Shown: positions 25,835 to 36,987 of the stretch, piece after piece | Position numbering within the stretch: the first letter of the stretch is position 1 | Layout of the letters: each line of letters begins with the position of its first letter | NCBI RefSeq assembly: GCF_000143415.4 | Contig: NW_003314326.1 | Span: 879,609-943,608 of the forward strand | Length of the DNA stretch: 64,000 nt | Reading direction: 5' to 3' | DNA from: Selaginella moellendorffii | Lineage: Eukaryota > Plantae > Lycopodiophyta | Program-made: the position numbers and the translations under genes | Notes under the pieces: generated by a model | Database searches by the model: none | What the model saw: the letters and a program-made list of their open reading frames with translations, nothing else | What the model was told of the DNA's origin: nothing

Positions 25835-27378
25835 TATAGCTCCTCCTGCTCTTGCTGCTAATACTTGCATGTCCTTTAACTCCACTTCTTATGGAAGATG
25901 GTCATATTCCAATGGAGGTTGATGCCACTATTGCCCAAACTCAAGGACAAGAGCAAGGACGTGGTTATAGCTATAATATTTATTATTGAAGCTCTATTTC
26001 GTTAAAGTGGGAATTGTCATTATCCCACTTGTAAAATAAGGTTTCCAAACCTTTATATAGTATATAAATATAACAAAATTCAACTGCATTGAGGCACATG
26101 CCATTTTATTTTAAACAAGGAAATGTCTACTCAATCACTTCTCCTCCCCCTGCCACTGCTTCACCTCTCTCTTCTCCTTGTCATTGTCGTCCAATTTCTT
26201 TCCATCCTTTTAATATTGGCTCAGTTGCTCCGAGTCTAGGTGGAGCCCAAGTCCCCATTCAATCTTTACTTTCCCCTTCTTGCATGGAACTGCATGGAGT
26301 GTCTGTCACTTGGATGAGGATCCCCATGCATTCTTTTCTCCCACCATCTGTGTTGTACAGCCTCAGATCCTCGCCTTCCATCCCGAAAGTCCAACTGGTG
26401 AGCTCCTCCCCCTTCTCTGCATCCACATTGACAGTGGCTGGAAGAAGAACGCAATTCCTCGCCTGTTCAGAAATGCACAACAATTAGAGCTGACAGATGA
26501 AAAGCTAGCAGCTGGAAATAACGTGAGGCCACACGCCATTCACCACTGCATCAGATGTCTTGAGGCTGCATCCTAAGATGGCGTGAGGCTACACGCCATC
26601 TGTAACCGGACTGCACTCGAGAGCCCAATCGGTGCATGCCAATGTTGCTACTGAATGGCATGTGGCCTCATGCCATTTTCTACTTGGCCTAAAAGACTTA
26701 CCATTTGAAGCCGAATGGAGGCGTGACAATCGAGGCTGGACTCGCTGGCGAATGTGCACTGTGTGTGCAGCGGATCGTAGCAGCAAGGCTACTCTGCCAC
26801 TTACAGTTGGAGAGTGGCGCTGAAATCTCCCGGGACGCCAAGTGGGCTGCGTGTGGGTGGCAGAGTGGGCGGCGGAGTTGGCGGCGAAGTTACAAACTGG
26901 GTGTGTCTTGAAGTGGACGCCGATACACACGAGCGTGATGCGAGCGCGAGTGTGATACAAGCGCGAGTGGACGCCGATGCACACGAGAAACCTGTAGAGA
27001 AGGTAGATGAGCGCGAATGTGAGTGTGATTGCGAGTGGGAGCGCGATGCGAGCGCGAGTGTGCGAGCGCGAGTACGAAGCAAAATGCAAAACCTAACCTC
27101 ACACGCGCGAAATGTCACGACGGTTGGTAATCCCGCAACATCATCATTCCTCGGACTTGGCGCCACCATTAATTTCTGGATCGCCACGCACATGCATGCA
27201 CGTGAAATCCAAAAGAAATCCGCAACGTCATCATTCCTCGGATTGCATGCACGCAAAATCCAAAAGAAAGATCATGATTGGGATATCATTTAATACCCTC
27301 GCTATATTTATACCATGCATGATTGGATATTCCAAAGCATCTTGTATTTCCAAAAATGCCAGATGTTCAGCTAAATAA

Positions 27379-29303
27379 AGAATGGTATACAATGTCCTTC
27401 TTGATGACCCAGCAAAGAAGCATCTCGATCGGACACCACATGAGACCACACGAGCCTTACAATGTTTCAGGGGCATTTGCCATAGATCCGACCGTTATTT
27501 TGCTCCAAGATTTTACAGTTTGGTGTGCATTGACCTTTCCATCGACACTGCAAAGGGACATCACAATCAGATGCGGGATCACAAGAAACCAACTTCACTA
27601 ACTCTGGTTTCACCAAGATCTACGTAAGGAGTTATGAAATGAAAGGACCCTCTCTATTGAAATGTGTTTATGGTCCTAGGGGCATTGTGACATATCAAAG
27701 GATTTTGTATCAAGTTCTGTATTTGCATGTTTATCAAGCTACTGAATTGCTAAACCCTAAACCCTCCCTAAATATGTGGCAAATGCTGCATGAAGAAAGA
27801 TGCCTTTTCTGGGCAAATGCTGTAAGAGGCAGATGCCGAGCAGTTACACGGCGAATAATCTTGGCGCGGATTGCTGACATGGCATGGCAAAGTTCGAATC
27901 ACTGACATGGCACAGCTGGATCGAGGCAAGGACATGATGTGACAAAGTTCAACGTTCGACAACAAAGTCTAGAAGCTACTCAGTTTGAAATTTGTCAGAG
28001 GAATTATAAGATCTGGTTTGTCAGAGGATTTGATGTGACATTCAAGCGTGTGGGCTCATGCAATTTTGATCCCAAAAAATGCACCAAAAAATGCTTGGCG
28101 TCATCTGGCATTATCTCTTGAATGGCATGGGGCCGCATGCCATTTTAAGGGGCACATAGGATTATATTCCTAGAATATTCTAACACGCGCGAGATTTTTT
28201 TGAGTTTTCTGGAGATCCAACCGTTAGATTGCAACTAGATTTTATAGAATGGTATACAATGTCTTTCTTGATGACCCTGCAAAGAAGCATCTCGATCGGA
28301 CACCACATGAGACCACACGAGCCTTACAATATTTCAAGGGCATTTGCCATAAATCCGACCGTTATTTTGCTCCAAGATTTTACAGTTTGGTGTGCATTGA
28401 CCTTTCCATTGACACTGCAAAGGGACATCACAATCAGATGCGGGATCACAAGAAATTAACTTCACTAACTTTGGTTTCACCAAGATCTACGTAAGGAGTT
28501 ATGAAATGAAAGGACCCTCTCTATTGAAATGTGTTTATGGTCCTAGGGGCATTGTGACATATCAAAGGATTTTGCATCAAGTTCTGTATTTGCATGTTTA
28601 TCAAGCTACTGAATTGCTAAACACTAAACCCTAAACATGTGGCAAATGCTGCATGAAGAAAGATGCCCTTTCTGGGCAAATGCTATAAGAGGCAGATGCC
28701 GAGCAGATGTATCTCAGGCTAGCGAAGGGGACAAACGAAAGCTAGCTATAAACATGACGGGATGCAAATAGATTACTAGGTTGGTCCTGCGAAAATCAAA
28801 ACCCATAATTGAAAACATTGAAAATGCAAAAAGAAAAGTTTATAATATTTTTGAATTTTAAGCAACCAAAGGAATGTAAGTAGGGCATGTGTTTGTAAGT
28901 TTAAAAATGCCTCAACCACTTAAATTCCCAAGTAAATAAAGCTGTTTCTATTTTTGGTACAGGTAAACTTTATGGGCTCATGCAATTTTGAACCCAAAAA
29001 TGCACCAAAAAATGCTCGACTAGCATTATTCTTTGAATGGCGTGTGGCCTTATATTGCCATAAATGGACGTACACACACAGCATAATTATTCCTTTACAC
29101 GGCAAATAATCTTGGCGCGGATCGCTGACATGGCATGGCAAAGTTCGAATCACTGACGTGGCACAGCTGGATCGAGGCAAGGACATGATGTGACAAAGTT
29201 CAACGTCCGACAGCAAAGTCTAGAAGCTACTCAGTTTGAAATTTGTCAGAGGAATCATAAGATCTGGTTTGTCAAAGGATTTGATGTGACGTTCAAGCGT
29301 GTG
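27379..29303. repeat. Internal direct duplications in the DNA transposon (modules A-B-C ... A'-C'-B')
   Basis: A: 27379-27843 vs 28246-28706. B: about 27845-28052 vs 29096-29303. C: about 28051-28134 vs 28973-29049. Confidence 0.88.
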
Positions 29304-29813
29304 TTATTTTTGAATTCTCGAACTCATTCCTAGGTCTATCATTTTTGTGCGCCGTGTTCTTGGTTCCGCTGAGCGCAGTGAGCGCTGCTTGTGTAAGCGG
29401 CGTTGTGAGCTGTGGTTTATGCGTCTACGAGCGGTTGCGGCATTGCGAGCGCCATTGCGAGCGGCAGTTTATGCGAGTGGCAGTTTGTGCGAGCGGCGCT
29501 ACGAGCAGTTGCGGTGGTGCGAGCGGCGCTACGGTACCACTAATGGTATGAGGGCTCATGCCATCTTGGGGCTTGCAAGTTCATCACTAGCATATTGCCA
29601 ATAGTTTCTTTACCTGCCTGTAGCTGTGTGTTTATCAAGATGGCATGAGGCCTCATGCCAATTTTGTGAATGCGAAATTTCACGTGGGTGTCAATAGCAT
29701 GTTTGAATAATGGCATGTGGCCTCATGCTATTGAGGTTGTTTGGTATGTTATGATTTAGGCCATTCTCCAATCATTTTTTGTATGGTCTTAACTTCTTTT
29801 CTGCACTTTCAGA

Positions 29814-30578
29814 ATGGCCTCCGCAAGTGCGACACATGTTCTCTTCGTGGATCTTAAGAACCGTGCTACATGGATTCAGGCAAAGGTGTTTCTAAACAAC
29901 CCCGAGGGGGAGGTGGTAGTTGAGGGCTTAGCCACAGTTGTCGATCCAAGAGATGCGGTTGCTAATCAAGAATTGGGTTGGGATGATATTGGAGTTGCGA
30001 TTTTAGAGGTTGTTGACACAGAAGAAAACAGTCTGACTATTGGAAGCATTGTGCGGTGGAAATTGAGGCACTTAGTGTTTGAGAATGTGAAGGATTCACA
30101 ATCAAACACCACTACAACTGATGACAGAACATCTCTTCATGGGAAAAGAAAGTACACCTTCCTAAAGTGCAGCCAAAGGGATCTGAGCAACGAACCGAAA
30201 AGGCAGAAAATGGAGATGGAGGTTCGAATGGTCTCGACAGTTGCTTGTTGCAAGAGGAGGTGCTGTCAACATGCTGATTGGGATGCTATTGAAGAGGAGA
30301 GAGTCTGGAAGGCAGCTCGCAATTTTGTGTATGAGGCATTACGGTCATCTGTTGATGCTTCAGAACATCAGGTGGGGGGCATGGTCTTCCAGAGGGGTTT
30401 GGTCTGCATGAAGGCATGGAGAATCATTTATGGAGTCCCTCGAACCACATTCTACAGAATCAAAACTGAGTTCGAGGAACAAAGGGTTCAACAGGCAGTC
30501 CATGGGAACGACAGTATTCACAAAACCAGGGGTCATGTTGTATATGGAGAGGCAATCTTCAAGAGGAATGTTATTTAG
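29814..30578 (+). CDS. Truncated transposon protein: Tnp1/En/Spm-like small domain followed by a Sola-type transposase N-terminal region
   Basis: ATG ORF of 254 aa, immediately preceded by a pyrimidine tract + AG (possible exon). Motifs VVVEG...DP..V...LG...V.I..V...IG..V.W, then CCKRRC...VCMKAWRIIYGVPRTTFYR...HGN. No DDD/DDE core seen. The family assignment is from motif recall. Confidence 0.55.
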   Translation: MASASATHVLFVDLKNRATWIQAKVFLNNPEGEVVVEGLATVVDPRDAVANQELGWDDIGVAILEVVDTEENSLTIGSIVRWKLRHLVFENVKDSQSNTTTTDDRTSLHGKRKYTFLKCSQRDLSNEPKRQKMEMEVRMVSTVACCKRRCCQHADWDAIEEERVWKAARNFVYEALRSSVDASEHQVGGMVFQRGLVCMKAWRIIYGVPRTTFYRIKTEFEEQRVQQAVHGNDSIHKTRGHVVYGEAIFKRNVI

Positions 30579-31098
30579 TTGCATGAAAATACACTAAGGG
30601 TCAAATGAGTTAAATGACTTCTCCAGACTAGCAATGCCTCTTGCTACACTTTCACAATTAGATTCGTTAGAAAAAGATAACATTGAATAATATCTAAATG
30701 TTCTCACCATTAAGTTATATGTCTGGCTAATAGGAATGACGTTCATCTTGGAAAGCTCACTACACGCTCAATGAACAAACAAATAGTGTGTGCGTGCATG
30801 CCATCGCTCTTCTTTAGCTTCAGATTCGGTTTGTTCACCTTGACAATGAAATTTATTATATAACCAGATGGACTCAGTCTGGACATAAAGTCACCGCGCT
30901 AGTCACCATGCCCCAGATATGTCTAGCCCCTGGACAAAAAACATATAATTTCACGTCATTTTCAAATACTTGAAAATTTGTACCTAATCCCATTTTACTG
31001 AATAAATCCCACTTTAACGAAATAGAGCTTATTGGATATATGATAAAGTTAGTCACACTTATCGGTGTTGCCAACATTTTCTAGAATAGAGACCTCCA

Positions 31099-31495
31099 TT
31101 TCCCAGGTGGAAACCTTGACATCAACAACATCCTATTGGTGCTAATGTAGTGGAAGGTTTAGACATCGAGATGCTTTCGAGAAATAAGGAGTCATACGAG
31201 TAGTGGAGGATCTTTGTGCAAATAAGTCAATGACCCCTCCTTTTTTCGGGAGTAAAATCAAGAGGTTCACTCAGCACCAATTCATTTAGCATTTCTTAGA
31301 TGGAGAGAGATCTTGGCATCAACAATATCTTGTTGGTGCTGCTGCAATGGAAGATCTAGACACTAAAATGCTTTCAAGAAATGAGGAGTCACAGGAATAA
31401 TGGAGGCTCCTTGCACAAAAAAGGTCAGTGACCCCTCTATCTTTCTTTCAAGAGTATCATCAAGGGGTTCACTCGGCACTAATTCATCCAATATT
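31099..31495. repeat. Two diverged tandem copies of a unit of about 190 bp
   Basis: cattt..gatgga..cttg(a/g)catcaacaa...atgctttc(g/a)agaaat...gacccctc...ggttcactc(a/g)gcac..attcat occurs twice. Confidence 0.8.
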
Positions 31496-31530
31496 TACTT
31501 TCCAAACTTGTATTTATAACAAGAAGTCTC

Positions 31531-32795
31531 TATGAGACACAAATTCTAGAGCCCTAAAAGTGGAGCCGAAAGGGTGCCATGTGGTAATGGCCAAAGCAAA
31601 AACTAAATGAGCATAACATGTTTAGACTAAAAACTCCAACTTGAAAAGTCAAGAGTGGGAGTGGAACTCTCAACAAAGTGCTCAAGGAACAAGCATAAAG
31701 TGAATAATAAGTAAACCTCTAGAAAAGGGACACAAGAGGACCAATATATGACATGTGGAAGTGTCAAGATGGACTCAAGATAGAGTTTGAGATGGACCTA
31801 AGATAGAGTCTAAGATGGAGTTTGAGATGGACATGAGATGGAGTCCGAGATGGACCTTAGATCAAGTCCGAGATGCATCCAAGATGAAGTTTGAGATGGA
31901 CCTGAGATGGAGTTTGAGATGGAATCGAGACTAAGTCCGAGTCCGAGTCCAAGTCTGAGTCTGAGTTTCAATACTAATACAAACTATTGGGTGAAAGCCT
32001 AAGCCCAAAGTGATCGTCCCCCTGGGGGGGGGGGGGGGAGTACAAAGGGTTCCAAAAAAATATAATAAGGAGAGTGTGGGGGTTAGACCCCAATGGAACT
32101 AGTTTGGCCAAAAAAGGCTAATATGGCTTAGGAAGGCCATGCTCTTGTGTTGGGTGATGATATAACCACTAGAAAGTCTAAAGCACCCATGAGGCTCATA
32201 TAGGGCCGTGGTGTTTCAAAATGTCATCCCAAAATCCCAAACTATGGAAAGAAGAGAAGCAATCCCCTTGTGTGGTGACCAAAAATGTGGTCATGTGGCA
32301 AGGAAGTCCCAGAGGTCCATGGGACATAATGGTTGGGCTTTCAAACCCTGACTTAGTAGCAATGTTGGCGAATATTGTGACTTGGTGCGGACTAAAAAAG
32401 GGATATTGAGGAAAGTTGTTCCCTATATCTATGAGCATCCTAAAAATGCTAAAGAGTGGATTTGAGATGATCACTTATGGACGGATGGCCCAGTCATTAG
32501 GAGACAAGACTGTGATGTAGGTGGTGTTAGACTACCATGGTGACAAAGGTGAATGGGCATGGCTTTAGCATAATAGATTTATATATCGGTGGTACTTTTG
32601 GGTGTCGGTCATAAGATCGGACATGTGGAGCACTTGGACCAAGTGCAAAGGTTAAGTGGCATAGATGCCATTTTCAGGGCTAGTAAGTCCTCAAGTTTGG
32701 AATAGGACTTATGGAATTTGTGAGTGAGACTTCTCCATGTGGTTGAAGGTGTGGTTAAGTGACAAAAAGTAGAATGAAAAATTTAGTTTCTTATA
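31531..32795 (+). mobile_element. Older solo LTR (subtype A) with decayed TA...TA termini
   Basis: Starts tatgagacac and ends tttagtttcttata (family ends are tgtgagacac...cttaca). Perfect TSD GTCTC at 31526-31530 and 32796-32800. Has an internal deletion and many transition mutations. Confidence 0.88.
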
Positions 32796-33704
32796 GTCTC
32801 TTATTATTCTCTTTGTATTAGTTGATACAAGCTTGAGTTTATCTTCTATTGCTTAGCATATTACCACATATTAGCATCTATATTTGCATTGTGTAGTAGA
32901 GCTATTTTTCATTCTTTATGGCAAAAGCCATACACACACATGTGTACAAGATGAGGTAGATTTAGTTGTGTATGTGGGTTATTTCGAGCTTGAGTTGCAA
33001 TCATTGCAGGTGGTGCTAAGTCAAACTTTTAACCTCATCTTTGGTATGGATTGGTTGCCCTATAATTATGCCAAGTGTGATTTTGAGGCTTCTCCTTCTT
33101 TTATACTTTTTTATATTTTTTTTATTCCTCTCACTTTTATTCTTTTTCGTTTCTTTATTTCTACTTCTACTTTCATCATTTTTGTCTCTCCATTACTTCC
33201 TCTTATGTTCTATTTTCCTTTTAATTGTCTTTGTGTTGCAATGGTTGATTAGCTTATAAAGGAGTATGCTGATCTCTTTGATTTTGACCTATTGTTTAGG
33301 GCTAAGATTGCAATGCGTCATCGTATTCCAACTAGGGATACTTGTCCAATCAAGGTTTTTATTCATCGTCAGTCACCTAAAGAGATCAAAATTTTACATA
33401 CAAACATCAAGGAGATGTAATTATTCAAAAATTACAGAATCTTTGGGTATGTGAACCTCATTTTGTGACAAAGTTTAATGGGAGTATTTGTTTCTACATC
33501 AACTATCTTTTGTTAAACGAAGTGACAATCCCAAATGTGTACCCTTTTCCTCACACTATTGATCTTTTGGATAGTCTAAGGTAAAGTCATTGGTTCACCA
33601 AGTTAAATTTTGCTTTTGGGTACTGCAAGTGCTGATAACTGAGGAAGATATTCCTAAGATTGTTTTTTGTACACCATTTTTCTTATACAAATTTTTGGTG
33701 ATGC

Positions 33705-34808
33705 TGTGAGGTGTTGTAGACTAAAGGATCCCCGAAAGCATGACTAAAATGATAAAGAGTTCATCGGATGAGATCAAATTCAAGATCGAGTGTGAAATTG
33801 ACTCTAAGACTGAATTCGAGACTGAGTCTGAGACCATGTCCGAATACTAATATATGTTGTGGGGTGAAAGCCCAAAGCATGTGTTTTTTAGAGGGGGGGG
33901 GGGGGGGGGGGGGTTCACGGGCCACTTTTTTGGGTTCCCAAAATTAAATAAGGGGAATGGGGGCCCCGAAACAATCTTTAAAGAAATTTTTAAGGGGGGC
34001 TTCCAACCGGATTTAGGGTAAAAAAAGGGGATTAGGGGCTTTGGGGGGAAAGGACAAAAAATTTAGGTGGGCCGGGGGGGGCCCCNNNNNNNNNNNNNNN
34101 NNNNNNNNNNNNNNNNNNNNNNNNNNNNNNNNNNNNNNNNNNNNNNNNNNNNNNNNNNNNNNNNNNNNNNNNNNNNNNNNNNNNNTATTAAGGGAAGGGC
34201 CATGAATAAGAGTGCATCTCGTTTTCCATCGGTTAAGGGTCTTGGGATACTTGGGGTTAAGCATCCTTGGGTTTGAATAGTACTGAGTTGAGTGACCTCC
34301 CAGAACAAGAGCTTACAATTACTTTGTGGCTCATTGGTCCTCATGCTTCCTAGGGGCTTCGAGCTTCCCTTCAGGATCGAAGTGGGGGAGTAAGTAAAGG
34401 TACCCATACCAGGCTGTTAGACCATGGTGTTTCCCCTTTGTGTCCTGAAACAAATGTTGCACCCAAGGCTTGGGATTTAAGGGTTTTATAATTAAGTCTT
34501 GTTGTACCAAGGGATGTTAGGAACCTTGAGGTTGGTGTGCTTAGTTGTTTATGCTTACAAAGAATGTAGTCGAACCTTAAGTCCAATCTAACCTAAGGAG
34601 GGGTATTGGAAGAGAATTTGGGAATCTATGGATAAATGGCTAACGCTTTGTTGCTTGTGCAATAAGTTGCTAAAACCAAGTAAGACCAAGTAGGAGCTGG
34701 TACAATAGGTAGGAACCTTGGCAAAGGAACTTAACTAAGGCCAAGGCTATAATGGTCAGATAGACAAGGTAAGCTAGCAAATGGGAGAGGAAAAATTTAT
34801 AGTTTATA
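33705..34808 (+). mobile_element. Diverged LTR-like insertion interrupting the gypsy RT; contains an assembly gap
   Basis: Begins tgtgag, contains gagactgagtctgag..gaatactaat..ggtgaaagcccaaagc and ends aaaatttatagtttata. No TSD found. Confidence 0.5.
34086..34185. other. Assembly gap (100 N) preceded by low-quality-looking homopolymer-rich sequence
   Basis: Run of N. Homopolymer-rich stretch 33890-34085 follows a poly-G tract. Confidence 0.97.
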
Positions 34809-36987
34809 TGACTGTTGACTTCATCAATAATATCTTAATACACTTGGAGGGGATGTAGGAGAAACATGTCTGTGATGTTTGTAAAGTGTTAGATTAACTA
34901 TAGGAAATTGGTTTAAAGTTCAAGCGGTCGAAGTGTGTGTTTAGGTCCAAGGACATAATATTTCTCGTGAGGGTTTGTAAGTTGATATTGACAAACTTGT
35001 GATTGTTCTAAAATTCCTTACTCCGAAATATATAAATGATGTGTAACGCTTTTTGGGCAAAGTGTAATATCTTAGTTGTTTTATTGATCATCTTTTTTAT
35101 TGCATTACACCATTGCTAGTATTATTGAAGTTGTCAATGTCATCTTTCATTGGTCTATACATTATGAGTAGGCATTTACAAATCTTAAAGAGATATTGAT
35201 GATTCGTCTGATTTTGGCATATCTTAACTAAACTTAACTTTTTATTTTGCATGTGGATGTTTTTGATATCGGTTTTGGAAGTATGTTAATGCAAGAAAGC
35301 CAAAGTGTGCCTGGTCAGTGCCATCCCATTGCATATATCAGTTATACACAACTAGTGGAGGTGAACTACTCCACGATAGAGAAGGAATGTTTATTAATAG
35401 TTTGGGGTTTCAATAAACTTTATGTTTATCTACATAGTTCTTGGACGTTATTAAAAGGTGATTATGCTACAATTACTTCATTATTGAAGTAGAAAATCTT
35501 AGTTGGTCGTACTGCTCAATGGGCTTTGAAGCTTCAGATATATAATTTTGATATTATTTATTGCTTAGGGAGTTTTATGGTTGATGTTAATGCCTTTTCT
35601 CGAGCTCATTCTCTTCTTATATTTTTAACAAGTCTATTTTTTTAGCATTTATAGATTTTTTGGATGAGGATTCTGTGCTATTAATAGTTGTTGTACTTGA
35701 CATTTAATATTCATAAGGTGTAGAGCAAAATTTACCTTCTTTGAGTTTATGAAGCTCAAAAGATTAAACTATAAATTCAAAGGCTTTGCAATGGGTTTAA
35801 AAATTTTGCATCATTTGTTAATAACTTGCCATTTCAGCATTTACATTTTCAATATCGCCTTAAAGACAGCCTTCTTTATTTTTTAGGGTGGATTTTGATG
35901 ATCATTTATAGCTAGTGGTGCCTTTGATCTTTATTTCACAATTTTTCCATGCCACCATGATTCTCCTATTCTAGGTGCATATATAGGAGATTATTGTATA
36001 ATCGAGAAGTTGCATAAGTCTTTCTATTAGCTAAAAATATGATGTGATATTATTTAGTATGTGTATAATTGTGTTTGGTGCCAAACTTGTAATACTCCTC
36101 ATGCTACAAAAGAATAGTTGGAATCAATTATAATTTCCCGTTTATTTAAGTTGGTGGTGTTTAATGTAATGGAGACTTTTCCACAGGGCTCCTTGCACAA
36201 TGAAAAGGATCATATCAGGTGTTGTGGTAAATTGGACCACAAGTTCATGAGGTTTGACGTAACATCCAATAGGCTGATTTTCCTAAAATTATCCATGTGT
36301 AACAGTTAAAATGTTTTCTACAAAGGGATTATGAACAACTTGCGAGACACAAAATCCCTAGGCCCTAAAGTGGAGCCGGAAAGGGTTCCACGTGGTAGTG
36401 GCTGAAGCGAAAGCCAAACAAGCATAACACGTTTGGACTAGGACTAACATATGACACGTGGAAGTATCCGAGATGGACCCAAGATGGAGTCCGAGATGGA
36501 CCTGAGTTGGAGTCCAAGGTGGACCCAAGATGGAGTCTGAGATGGACCTAAGATGGACCCAAGACGGAGTCCAAGATGGAGTCCGAGGTGGGACTCAAGA
36601 TGGGACCCGAGATGGAGTCCGAGATGGAGTTCGAGATGGACCCGAGGTGGAGTCTGAGATGGACCCGAGTTGGAGTCCGAGGTGGACCCGAGGTGGGACC
36701 CGAGATGGAGTCCGAGATGGAGTCCGAGATGGACCCGAGTTGGAGTCCGAGGTGGACCCGAGATGGAGTCCAAGAGGGACCCAAGATGGAGTCCGAGATG
36801 GACCCGAGATGGAGTCCGAGATGGAGTCCAAGATGGACCCGAGATGAAGTCCGAGATGGAACCAAGACCGAGACTGAGTCCGAGTCCGAATACTAATACA
36901 GGCAGTTGGGTGAAAGCCCAAAGCGATCGTCCCTCAGGGGCGGGGCGGGGGGTGGCTGCGGGGGGTTCCAAAAGTATAGTATGGAGA

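Larger units (their letters stand above)
25989..31030 (+). mobile_element. TIR DNA transposon of about 5.0 kb, probably Sola-like and defective
   Basis: Perfect 24-bp TIRs AAGCTCTATTTCGTTAAAGTGGGA (25989-26012) and TCCCACTTTAACGAAATAGAGCTT (31007-31030), flanked by ATTG/ATTG. Removing the element restores the host gag reading frame. Confidence 0.88.
23540..36200 (+). mobile_element. Old, highly degenerate Ty3/gypsy retrotransposon scaffold split by nested insertions
   Basis: Domains lie in gypsy order on the + strand: gag-like (about 23640-23800, KL...QG....DYIKKF), PMEVDA (about 25900), a zinc knuckle split across 25988/31031, protease LIFGMDWL (about 33040), RT (33470-33704, EEDIPKIVFCTP..YKFLVM; about 34810), RNase H (35247 ORF, HPIAYIS..NYSTIEKECL) and an integrase HHCC remnant (about 35950-36090). 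Confidence 0.78.

Noticed and set aside
24837-25839. Long ORFs of GL, ES/ET, RP and MESE repeats (also at 36444-38755 and 43584-44371)
   Set aside because: They are translations of the LTR-internal tandem array in several frames, not genes.
26086-29732. Palindromic repeats with unique spacers as a CRISPR-like array
   Set aside because: Spacing is highly irregular, the context is a eukaryotic transposon and there are no cas genes.
33890-34085. Homopolymer-rich unusual sequence
   Set aside because: It follows a poly-G tract and abuts the N gap, so it is most likely low-quality read tail.
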